64,000 nt of DNA, from the NCBI GenBank assembly GCA_000934665.2, contig KZ538046.1, positions 62,001 through 126,000 of the forward strand, given 5' to 3'. The first letter of the stretch is position 1. The number at the start of each line of letters is the position of its first letter. The position numbers and the translations under genes were made by a program. Source of the DNA: Catajapyx aquilonaris. Taxonomy: Eukaryota. Below, piece after piece: positions 1 to 11,310 of this stretch. Below the pieces are notes generated by a model. The model was not told where the DNA came from. It did not search any database and saw nothing but the letters and a program-made list of their open reading frames with translations.

Positions 1-605
1 ATTATCTAATTACTTGAGGGTTCACATTGAGGGTTAGCTTTAAGAAGGTACCCAAAAGTGAAGTGTAAGAATACGAAATGTTTAAAGTCAAGAATCAGGC
101 ATGCACAGGTACAGTATACAAGAGAAGATGATGCACCCCCCCCCAGCTGGAAATCAGATTATCCCACCAATTTCTCAAACTTCACTCCACATAATTTCTT
201 TACTTAAAACTTTAGCATTAACAATTTCTATGTACACCCTCCATCAGCAGTTGGCTCTTCATTGTCCACCATCCCATTTAAAATGTCACTCATATAAGAA
301 CGTTGAAACCTTTTTTCTAAACTCCACATATGAAGCTCACTATCCCTCTCCCTGGATCCACATCCCCCAAGAAATTGCATAATCAGGTGCACCGGCATAA
401 CAATTACGACGGGTAGACGACATCACAGTCTTCCACACCTGCAACACACAAAAAAAAGGCACAGGTATTGGGGAAGCCCTTTTACACAGGTGAAAGATCC
501 GGATCGAGTGGCATATAACCCTTTTCAAGGGTGAACCTGTCAACCCACTTTTTTTTTTCTTCTTCTCTCATCTTGGGTATACTGTATACCCACGACCCTT
601 TCGAA

Positions 606-620
606 TGTGTGTGTGTGTGT
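606..620. repeat. (TG)n microsatellite
   Basis: Direct reading. Confidence 0.85.
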
Positions 621-1568
621 TTATTCGCGTTTCACAAGTAGCTCGATTCCCTGCTAACCCGGTTGGGTCCCGAAAGCCCCGTCAGAGCACCGCGGCGCGT
701 GAGGCCGCAAAACCGCGCGAGTCCCGCCGAGATACGTGCCTTCTAACCTGCGCTACTCCGCTCCCACTCTATAATCTCTCTCCTTTCCCCATTCAAAGAC
801 GATTAAGGCTCGGCTCAGAAATTAATAATGATCAGGTGGAGAACGGAGCATAGGAGAAACGGAGGTTCTTGCAAGGAACTGCTGGGTGGTGGTGGGTATA
901 TAGAGGGGGTTACCCCAAGATCTGTCGGGTATACGCCAAAGTGCTTCTCTTCCCAGTGGTCATCGACTTGTTGGCTTTTTGGTCAATTACGGATATTGTG
1001 TTATGGAGGGGGTTCACTGATCCCAAATCAGAGGAGTTCGATGCCTCGGACGAATTATTTACTAACCAGATGATACACATTCATGCCCATGCCTATAATT
1101 TATTCATGATACAAGAAGAGTGTAGTAGCTGATGCAATCGTACAGATTACTACGTATGATAAGGGAATTGCCCAAGAACTGCCTTCAAATCCTGATTTAT
1201 TTGAAAGATATGCAACTACAATATGTCGAAGTCGCCACATAATATACTCAAATGACCGTTGCACCACTGCAGATTACATAATCCCAACATTCCGATCCAA
1301 GATGTAAACACACACTTTTCCATAGTATAAACAATATAATAATAAATTATAGCAGACATATTGGACAATCAAATAGACTCCATTATTCATCATTATAAAA
1401 ATGAATACGAAATGTAATCAGGTGTAAACTTCAAAGTTGGTCAACCTCCGTGCTACTATAACATTTTCCCATAAGTTCAGTATGCAGTAATATTATGCAA
1501 TATTGAGACAGATAACAAGCTGCATTTAATTAGATCCATAACTAGAGCCCGAATATTTTTTGGCTGGC

Positions 1569-1658
1569 TAACTTGCAAAGTAATTACTTTTTGGGATCGG
1601 GATATTATAACTACAACTAGTTACCGTCCTTTTACAAAAGCAGCTTTCCCCAACACCG
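1569..1658 (-). mobile_element. Possible decayed terminus of a non-autonomous hAT-like element
   Basis: Minus strand CGGTGTTGGGGAAAGCTGCTTTT...GTAACTAGTTG...AAAAGTAATTACTTT resembles, from memory, CAGTGTTGGG/GTAAC-repeat termini of hAT MITEs. Second end not found. Confidence 0.3.
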
Positions 1659-4600
1659 CTCATAACCACGTTATCCACGTTTCAATTATTGGTACCAAAC
1701 ACTAATTTTCGACATCAATCAACGACATAATCAGGTGAGTGGCACAAAAAATGGACCTGTTACTGCGGTAATAAATCCCTAGAGAGGTCGCCCTTTTGGA
1801 ACGCCGATTTCTACCCCCCCCTCTGAACCCACCTTGTGGGATAAATCAACCACGAGGTGAGAATAATACGGCCGAAGAAAAATGAGGGTCGGTTTGTGGG
1901 CTGCCGGTAGACCCTTCCGTTCACTCAAAGACCTTTTTTTTAATACCCTCATCCAACTGCACCAGCTTTATCAGAAAAGGTGGGCGGCCGTGCCATTTTT
2001 ACTACAAGAGGACCCTCTATTCAGGCAATATACTTCAACTTCATTATTTCCATTCACACCTTTATGGCATGCATCACAAACTTAATGCGGTAATTTAATC
2101 CCAATAATTTCAGCAGGTCCTGTCACCATACCGGTTTTTTCAGTTCTATTGGGGACGATCCTACTGGGAAATATTATGACACGAGGTACTTTTGAAGGGC
2201 GGTTCAACAAGGAAAATCAGGGTAATTATTCCAAAGGGAACCGGAATTTTTCAGCAATAATGCGAAACAAACAAGTATAGATCATCGTTAAATTGTGGGG
2301 TGTAGGGTCTCTAAATTATTTTGCATTGTTTCCCAGTCTTGCCAACTTGCTTTTATGCGGAATTTGTTCTAATTTGCACAGAAACCCAATTTTTAGGATT
2401 ACTTTTGTGAATATTTTTAGCTAATGGAAAAAACCAGCTGAAAGTTCATCAAGGACCGGTATGACCACATGACGAAAATTTCTAAATAATTGCAGTTTAC
2501 TAATTTGCTTTCTTATAATCGGATCTGAGTCAATGTCATACAATGTTCATTGTAAAGGAATAGGTGTTAATGCGCAGTATTGTTTCTGTACAGACTACAG
2601 TGACTGTGGAGTACTGTATCTGCATTACTGACACACTGCGCTTAAGCTTGATTGCCCTGATATGTATGCATATACATGCATTGGCAATATTACTGCCACT
2701 AAATATTTCCTCTAGTTAACAATTCAATCCGAAAGGGTGCAACGGGGCACGTTGCCCTTCCCCAGCAAAAAAGGGGCAGGGGCACCCACGACCCCTTTGG
2801 CTCCATCTTCCGGGGCCTTCCACAAGTTCTCTTCTTCCGGAATGGCTGCTTGCCAGAAGGACAGCCAACTTAATGGCCATCAATATTTTTCCCTCTCATC
2901 CCACCGATTAATTTATGCTCATTTTCATACATAATTATCCTAACCGCCATAATGCCTGTAACCAATACATTGTCCTCTCTTAGTGTACTTAACCGCCATT
3001 TTCCGTCCACCCACACCATTTTGAAACAGCACAAAGTTGTACCGGAAGTGAAAAAATAAACTCGCGCGTAGGTTGTGCATCAAGCGTGTAAAAATACGCT
3101 CTAATGGACACCCACATTATCACAGTTGCAATGAAAAAAAACAACAACAACAGGCGATTGGTGCTATTTCTAGCGAAGGCTATCGTCATATATCTCCCTG
3201 CCAGTATCAATACGTCGCGTCCTGGGAATTATTGTCAACCCCCATTTTACGACCATGGCAATAAACACAGTTGGCAAGATGTTGCCCAGGTGTTACAGTT
3301 CCCGGGTGTGTCGACAGAGGGCACCTCTCGTCACAAGGCCTACCCAAAAGGGGTCGTGGGTCCCCCCCCCCCCTCTCAAAAAAAGGGGGGGCAATAATNG
3401 GGTGATAGCATCTGAGGGGGGTAGAGTGAGTCGTAGGCCATTGGGCCGCCGCCTCCTAACTCTGCAGGCGCAAATCCCAGAGATTAGAAAATGACTGCAA
3501 TTACGAAGGCTGTAACAATGAAGTCGCTATCTTGCCTGGGCTGTTCCGCATTGACTGGCGGAAGCCAAAAGGGTGGGAGAGGGAGGTGGGTAGGGGGATG
3601 TAAGGGGGAGGTTTCGCTCGACAGACTTGCCAGAAAATGTACCCTGGCACCCTCATCATCAAAATGGCGCTGGGTTTTATCTCCACCCCCCCCCCCTCCC
3701 CCTAAGAGTTCTTTCCGGACCTTTTTTTGGAACCTCTAGTTTTTGGTGGGAAAAGGGAGGAGCTTGTTGCCTATTTTTCACGCTTATCGAGGTAAAAATC
3801 TGACGGAGAGCTTCCATTTTCCAAGTGGCAATGATCAAGTGTAGGGGGGGATGCTGCTCTTAGCTGGGTGATGACCCACCAGAGAAGGCAGGATGTCCCT
3901 GCCCAATCAGAGCTACTTTTTCAAAAGTGGAGTCTCGGGACCTGAAAACTCACTGTGCATCTCATACTCACAGCCCAAGCTCTAATAAGCCCATTAAAAT
4001 ATTTTTTGCAGCTCTCCCCCCCNCCCCCTTTCCCCAAAAATTTTCTGCAGGATCTGAAACACCGTATCGTGAGGGGGACCCCGTGGGTACCACCTAAACT
4101 AATTGTAATTTTATGAGGTTGGGGTGGGAGTGGGAAAAATGCGGAGATGCAGTTATAGCTGGTGAGCTCAGGTGTCCTAAGAGACTTTCCCCCCCTCTTG
4201 CACCCTTTTTTTTTGAGTATGAATATAGGAGGATACCATCATTCTTCTCGAGGCGGGAACATCGCTCCGGAATATGGGCCCCCGATAATTGAAAAGGATT
4301 GCATCGGATCCCTTCGGCACTTTTTAAAATTAATGTCCCGGCGCCCATCTATTCAGAAGCGTCGCCGTCTCCATTCTGTCGCCCGAGTCTTACGCTTGAT
4401 GAATACTTGAAAAGACTGTCTCTCCCTGCATTAAAGGCAAAAACGGAGACGATTCTTCTCTTTTCATTCCGGTCGTATAAAGAATTGAAGCCCACCCTCT
4501 CTCCCTCTTCCCCACCCTCCACTACTATCCAACACTCTTTTCCGGGTCCCAAGCCTTTTCTAAAAGTGCGAGATGTTTATTTCATCACCTCGGAGGCTAC

Positions 4601-4988
4601 AGAGAGCAGGAGGGAAATTAACTTGTCGGGGGAAAAAATTGCCTTCGGTTCGTCTGCTATCCCCCAGGCACACACAGTTTCCATCAGGGAAAAGTCTCTC
4701 ATTACTTTTCAAAGCTAACTTTTTTTTTTTCTGAACTTCTTTTTCACTCTCTCTGGGGGCGCTCCTCCCTAGACACACGTGTCTGTCTCTATAGGCTGAC
4801 CTTTTCCAAGATCTCAGAATTCATGTTTCTCGCCTTGACTCCATCAGAGAACTACAGAAGGACCTTCGCGCTTTGATAGGGTTGAGTGAATGAGGGCTGA
4901 AAGGTCACAAAGTCATATGCAAAATCTGAAGTTGCCAAGTGCAGCATTTTAAGAGAAAAAGTTGGTTAAGTTATATACTATAGGGAGG

Positions 4989-5220
4989 TATAAATCAGCC
5001 AATCCTGCGCTTGGACCAATCACCTATTGACTCCATGAGCTCCAACCAATCACCTATTGACTCCATGAGCTCCAACCATTCACATTCGGCTGCAAAAATT
5101 CGGGGGCATTTCTGTGCAAAATATTCAAGGGAGTGGCTGTCTGAGTTTCTTCTTGCAAAGAACCCAGCTGTCTGCAAGGAAAGTGGATATAAAACTTGCT
5201 CCTGGGCGGAAAAAGAAGCG
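4989..5220 (+). promoter_or_regulatory. Candidate CCAAT/TATA Pol II promoter
   Basis: CCAAT at 4999, 5016 and 5046 (NF-Y-like CCAATC context), TATAAAA at 5188-5194, followed by CpG-rich sequence. Confidence 0.35.
5015..5083 (+). repeat. 30-bp tandem duplication containing a CCAAT box (2 copies + partial)
   Basis: ACCAATCACCTATTGACTCCATGAGCTCCA at 5015-5044 and 5045-5074, partial ACCATTCAC at 5075-5083. Confidence 0.95.
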
Positions 5221-5421
5221 GCGTCCTTTTACGACTCGGCGGCGCTCCTAATGAATTTCTGAAGAGCGCCATTAGAATCCCATTGGGTTTTTATTGGTGG
5301 AAGTCTGCCGGAGCCGACCTCAGGCCGTCTTTTTGGCACAAGCCAGGGACAGAAATTTCGGCCCTCCAACCCCCACCCCTCTCTTCTGCGGTTCCATCCG
5401 GCGGTTCCGGGGTGGGCTTAC

Positions 5422-5520
5422 CGCACAGGAACCGCACCGCACCGCTCTAACATTCCTATGAATCACAACTGATTCACGCAGGACATCTCTAAGCGCCGTT
5501 GCCAACCACCCCTAAGACGG
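5422..5520 (-). ncRNA. Candidate non-coding exon (99 nt)
   Basis: Minus-strand acceptor CTTCCTTCTCCCCTCCGGATATCTCCACCTCAACAG (AG at 5522-5521) and donor GCG|GTAAGC (5421-5416). Stops in all three frames. Confidence 0.35.
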
Positions 5521-6325
5521 CTGTTGAGGTGGAGATATCCGGAGGGGAGAAGGAAGATTTTAGGGATCATATTGCGCTTCTCGGTACTTCAGATTCCACC
5601 TCTGGTCTTCTTGAGAGATTCGGTTTCGCTTAGGAAAGGGAGAAGGGGGTGTAACGTCGTTTACGTCAACACTTCAGAGTTGGATGAGGGAAAAGGGACT
5701 TCTTTTCTGGCTTTTACGGGGTGTTACATACCCGGCTCTCCATTCCTTGGATGCTTAGTCGGACATTCGCAAGAGTTTTTCTGGAGGGGATGGTATGCGG
5801 AGACCTGTTTCAAAGGCTTTGACATGCATTTAACGTGCAATTTGGTCTATTTGCGGATAAGCTCTTCCTCAGCCAGGCCTTGACACTGAAATATGCTTTC
5901 AGTAAAGTGGGTACAGAAGTATTTCTGACTCTATGCTGAGTTGGAGGTGAATAATTATTCGCTCGCAAGTGGTGCTTTCACTATTCTGTAAAAATTAAAT
6001 TCTTGCTTTTGTAATTGGGTTGCTGTATATGCCAGCATGTCCAGAGTAACAATCTTGATCATGGATACCCATAGGGCCGTAAACTCATATACTCTAGATA
6101 CGGTAAATTATTGTCATTAAAATGCTCCTGGCAACTGGCAAGGGACCTTGACAAGACTCATATCACACGCCATGTAGTTTCATGCACCACACACGTATTT
6201 ATCCGGAGAGGGTTTTGCAGGCAGGTGTTACGTGTCTGCGATACACTGCCGCCAGTTAACGTCTGCACGGCTCTGTTTCATGTATAGGATTTGAAGATGT
6301 ATAGTGAAAAATCTGCTAATATATT

Positions 6326-6432
6326 GTATTCTGGCTCTTTGCAACCATCAGAACCCTGGCAAGGTGAAGGTCAGGATAGAAAACTACTCTTCACCTTGCC
6401 AGTCTTGACGGTTGCATAGCAGAGCAGGATAC
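6326..6432. repeat. Imperfect inverted repeat / pre-miRNA-sized hairpin (or decayed MITE)
   Basis: CTGGCAAGGTGAAG (6356-6369) pairs perfectly with CTTCACCTTGCCAG (6389-6402) around a 19-nt loop. TGCAACC (6340-6346) pairs with GGTTGCA (6410-6416). Looser pairing (GCTCT/AGAGC) extends outward. Confidence 0.75.
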
Positions 6433-9400
6433 TGTTGGCCTAAATTTTTGACAAATATACAAGTGGTGTTTCAAAGTAATTGTTACAAAACACATGTGGT
6501 TTTGTACACGTAACGTGTAACCAGATCAGAATCATATGCACAGGAATAGTAATTATTATCGCTGTCTTGTAGCGGAAACAGAGTCTTATTTTGTTCAGAA
6601 ATGCAAAAAAAATCACCAATCTTCACTCATTCCAGTTATAGTATTATTTTGTCACTTCCATGACATAATAGAATCACAGCACATACTGGCCATATGCATA
6701 TACCTTCTGGTATGTAGAGCAGACATTTGCGTGCTAGTTCGGTGAGAATGTAAGCTGATGCTGTGTTTTCGCCTTTGGTATTACAAGCAGGTTACAAATT
6801 CGTTCCCGCTAATAAAGTTATTCGAAAACAACACCGCCTCGTCACTCTAGCAAGCCTGCATGAAAGTTACCATCCCACTTGCCTTGTTTTTCGGCAATGC
6901 AAACCTCGTCAACACCCTCCTGATATCGGTCATTTTTTATCCGCTATTGTGAGACTCTACAACGAGCGATGACGCATCATGCAGACACAGCACCAGAGGC
7001 AAACAAGAACTGGAGCATCGGTCCAGGCCATCAAATTGTGCGTATATACAGCCGCACCCATTAGTTAGGACGCACCCAATATGTGCAATGGCAGCTACAA
7101 CAACCCTCCCATTACACTCCATGAACACTGGTTCGCCCCATTGAATCCGGCCAGTCGCAGAATGAACCCTACAAAATGGGCTCCAGCAAATGTTGCAACC
7201 CCTCGTCTCCTTCCAAGCCTATAGACCTCATCGCGGGGCTCGCCTTAGAGAAATCAATCCGGAGGACATTTTTCCTCCCCTTTTCTCCCCTCTTCTCTCT
7301 CTCCCCCGCCTTCTTTCCATCCGTTGCCAGTGTGCGTGGGGAGGTATGTGCAGCATCGTTACCAAGGCTGCTGCCATACTTTGTGCAGGCCGGAAGCTGC
7401 AGCAGTGCGGTACAGGACGGCTTTAATTGGCCTGGATCAAAAGGCGGCTTCCGAGATGCCTGGCGAATTTATGAACAGATCAAAAGAGGGCGACAAGGGT
7501 ATCCTCCCCCCCCCCCACCCCTCCACATCCTCCCATCTCACTCTCTTCACAAGGAAATCAAGATGGCAGACTTTATAATATTCGAGGGCTATAGAGTTGT
7601 GTAAAAAAATAATGATATTACTAGAGTATTATCCTTCTACAAACTAATTAATGTGTCCAAACCGAATTATTCAAACATTTCCTTCGTCAGGGACGCCTCT
7701 CTTTCTCCCAATTTCCGCCAAGTTTAGGGACGGGCCATCCGCCTATAGTCCGAGCTCTCCTCGGAAACCTGTGTTTGTACGTCTGATTTCCCTGCTAATT
7801 GCCCTAAGAGGATTGCCCGACACTCCAACTTTCGGCTTCAGGGAAAACTACACCGGTTGCAAAAACTCTGCTGACCAGGTAATTGTTAGAGGTCTTAAAT
7901 CCTGACCAGGTACTTTCCACCAAGCAGTGTCAAAATGTACAAACACTATATAAATGCAGTTGTTATGAATTTGTAATAATGGCGGCATGAGAAAATGTTG
8001 CAGTTTACTTGATACATCCGAGGCACAATGTACCGTAACTTGGGTGACATTGTTCCACGGCTGTGCTCGTGCACTGAAAATCTCACTCTTCTAGTGCATC
8101 GAACTGGATTTACAATAATTACAAATACCTCATTGCATTTGCTTGTATAGCTGTAGTTCCTGTCATTCTTTTTGAGTAATCCCATAAATATGCATGTTTT
8201 CATTGTGTATTTTTTGAGGAATATAAAAACTCGTCGGAATGGGCATTTTTTTCCTCCATTTATGATGATGGTTCACTCAACAACACGTTCTCTGCTAGTC
8301 TGTCTTTGTTCGATGTGTACGTGGAAAATAATGTGCGACCTAAAGTCATACTATGGAATGCCATTTGGCCAGCGTAACTGGAAGTCAAATTAGGTTCAAA
8401 TCGTACGGTAATTTATGGACAGAGTTCACAAGTACCAAAATGGCGACGAATATTATTCTCGCAACACGCAGACTATAGGGTCGGACACTTCAGTGTGAGA
8501 AGGGTCTGTACTGTGGCGAACTGTATCTCAGAATCGAAAACTAATTTCGAGACGTTTCGTAGAACCAATCTACGCTACATACTGCACACACTGTTAGCTA
8601 ATATTTGAAAAGAAGCTAACAGGTCAGTCAATATAGCATAAAAGTAACCCAATTAATTATTCGTTAGCACCTTGACCACACTTTGCCAGTGGCTATACCT
8701 ACAACATATCGCATAATTGAATCCACCCTCCCACAGGTGCACCATTTACGAATCCAACTCTGCACCCTCGTCCCAACATCCTGATTGATACCGGTGCGCG
8801 GTGGGTGGGGGCATCTTCCCCCGTCAGGCTCTCGGAAGAAAGCCATCGCAGCCTGACCAAAAAGGCAGCAAGTGGCGATATGTAGGGTTGGAATCGGCAG
8901 CTTTTGCTGGGCAACCCCTTAGTAATTAATGGGGCGAGAGGCTGGTCCCTGGGTTTGTGTGCGGGGGCCTCAATCGGATGGCTAAACTTTCATAATTTGT
9001 TCGTGTCGCAGGGAAAACGTGGGAGACGTAATCCCATTTCTGGCTGTGTAATGAAAGTCGCCGGGGCTGCCTGCTCCTCCGCTGCCCATAAAATTCGGGA
9101 GGGAGGCTGCTGCCCCCTCCACCCGGGGGTATAGGGAGAGTAAAAGGAAGGAAAAGGGTGGGGAGGTAGGGGGCTGGGGCTGCCTTGCTTCTGCCCAACG
9201 CAGCCTTTACTGCGCCGCGACAAATGAGCGCCACCAGCCCTTATTATGCCCGCCGAGCAAATGGCCCATCCCGGGATTTTACACCAAATCCTCCCGCACC
9301 AAGCTATCGTCAAAGATGGTGGCCCATGCCCGGATAGAAACACTATCATTACCCTTAGACTTGGTCAAACGCGGCATGGTCAAATGTTAAAGGACAGTAC

Positions 9401-9860
9401 CTTTCCCGTCCAATCCTGAGGGTTGACGGGTTGCACCGGAGTGCATTCGTCCCCTGCATCGGCTCCCATGTGATCGCACGGAGTCTCCGAGACACAACTA
9501 CTCGGAAGATTCATCTGGCAGCTTCAAACCTGCTGCCCCTGCCGCCTGCTGACCTTGTGGGCAAGCTTACACCCAAGGACAACCACATAAGTGTCTGCCC
9601 GCCCTGCCTCTCCCCTCTCCCCACCCCTACCCCTTACTCTGCATCCCACCCTCGGCTAAATGAATGCTCAGGGGTCATCATCCCTACCCGCCCCCGCCTT
9701 TTGCCGTCTATCCTGGACTGCAGGCAACCATCCTTGACCCTAATGCGCGAGAAATACTGCACCGGTCGGGGGTACTGTACGTAAGAACCTTTTTTTTTCT
9801 CTACCCCCNCCCCCCCGAGCTCTATACTCGTCAAGACTTGCAAAGGCGGCCCAGTCTGAC

Positions 9861-9874
9861 GTTGCTATGGTAAC
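9861..9874. promoter_or_regulatory. RFX X-box motif
   Basis: GTTGCTATGGTAAC matches the RFX consensus GTTGCYATGGYAAC and is flanked by GAC/GTC, which extends the dyad. Confidence 0.6.
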
Positions 9875-10520
9875 GTCCGGCCTTAGAAAATTCCCTAGGA
9901 CCTGAGGTGCCCCAGGGATCGGAAGGGGGCTGCACTTTTCCCCAATGGAGGAAAATGTAATCGATTGCAATGGTCCTTGCCAAATCGGGGGGGCCCCGTG
10001 CCGCCGACGGTACTAACCTGTCAGGTCTAATCGCTACTTGGCGACTTTGGCTGCACGTTTGAAAACAGTACATGCTGGGTACATAAAAGCATCAGGCACT
10101 GGGGGCGTCAATGGAAAATTCTTGAACAAAAATGTGCCCATTAGGTAGGGAACTAAAATTCATAGCGATTTGAAGAAATATGGCCCAGGCAAGCTCAGAT
10201 CCATGAAAGCCCCATTATTAATGTTAAGTATAGCAACGGCAATGGTATACCCCCCTCCTCCCTTCCATCTCTGGGTAAAAAATAATGGGCATGGATGTTT
10301 TGAGCGCTAATTGCAGCATTATGGGCCCGAGTGGCGTGGTTCCCAGCACTGACGGAAGGAATTTCAATCCGGTGCCCGGACTGCAAGGTGTTAGGTTTCC
10401 GGAAAGCAAAATGGTGCGCCTGATTGGGCAGTGGGTTGTTTCCTTCCAGAGGCACTCTGTCATTCCTCCTGGGCTCCTCTTTCAAAGTCTGCTCCGGCGG
10501 CAGAAGCAAGGCTCCGGGAA

Positions 10521-10538
10521 GAGGAGGAGGAGGAGGAG
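10521..10538. repeat. (GAG)6 microsatellite
   Basis: Direct reading. It produces the poly-Pro/poly-Arg runs in the overlapping ORFs. Confidence 0.9.
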
Positions 10539-10868
10539 GCTTTGGGAAGTGAAATGGAGCGACACGATTAACCCCCCAGACTCGAGCCCATCTCTTGTAC
10601 AAAGTGTGGAATTTCGTTTCGCCTCGTCTCACAATAGACGTCATTTGCTGTTCCCTGCAAGAAAGGCGGAGGGGAGCATTTCCCCCTCATCAATCGCGCT
10701 CGATTCAACCTGCCTCACTTGCTAGCTGCTGCTAAGTCTCACACACTCCAACAAATTTTTTTATGAAACAGATTACCACCCACTACCAGGTTGACAACTA
10801 ACTCAAAGTGCATTATCCAGATATGAATCTACTGACCACTATCTACACCACAACACCTGAGCCAACTC

Positions 10869-10896
10869 GCGAACAGCGAACGGCGAACGGCGAACC
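10869..10896. repeat. 7-bp tandem repeat GCGAACN x4
   Basis: GCGAACA GCGAACG GCGAACG GCGAACC. Confidence 0.9.
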
Positions 10897-11226
10897 CTCG
10901 GGTTATCCCAAAAATAAGCGAGTTATTAATCACGAACCGCGCCAAGTGAAGCGAAACTTTGACCCTCCAGGCCCGCTGTAAGTGACCTTAAGGTCGATAT
11001 GGCGGAAGTTTTTCTTTCTGAGCTTGAAGGTAGGACGTTTTTTTTCTTGGAGAAAAAAATTGGTGGAAAAGCACGGATTGGTGGTCTCCGGTCTCTCTTT
11101 TTGCATGCACCGCGTCTCCCCGCACCTGTTCTCGCCTGCTTAAGACTTCTCTCAAATCCCGTGAAATCCTTTTAAAAACTTTTTACGATGAACCGGCAGC
11201 GAGTTGGGAAAACTTGTAAGACTCAC

Positions 11227-11310
11227 CTATCTCGTGCGCCCCGCGCATAAATTACGGGGAATGGGAAAAGTTGTAATAGGCCTCTCCGGATGACTATCTT
11301 CCATTACCCT
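11227..11310 (-). ncRNA. Candidate non-coding exon (84 nt)
   Basis: Minus-strand acceptor CATTTTGTCCCTTCCTTTTCCTTCCCAG (AG at 11312-11311) and consensus donor AG|GTGAGT (11226-11221). Stops in all three frames. Confidence 0.4.

Noticed and set aside
869..1132. 87-aa ORF with hydrophobic stretch and acidic tail
   Set aside because: Non-ATG start, no homology recognised, no supporting exon structure.
3272..3284. TGGCAAGATGTTG resembling the 5' half of miR-31
   Set aside because: The 3' half diverges and no complementary star arm is evident.
5015..5083. Short repeats (also 22660, 43461, 50728) as CRISPR arrays
   Set aside because: Head-to-tail duplications without unique spacers, eukaryotic context, no cas genes.
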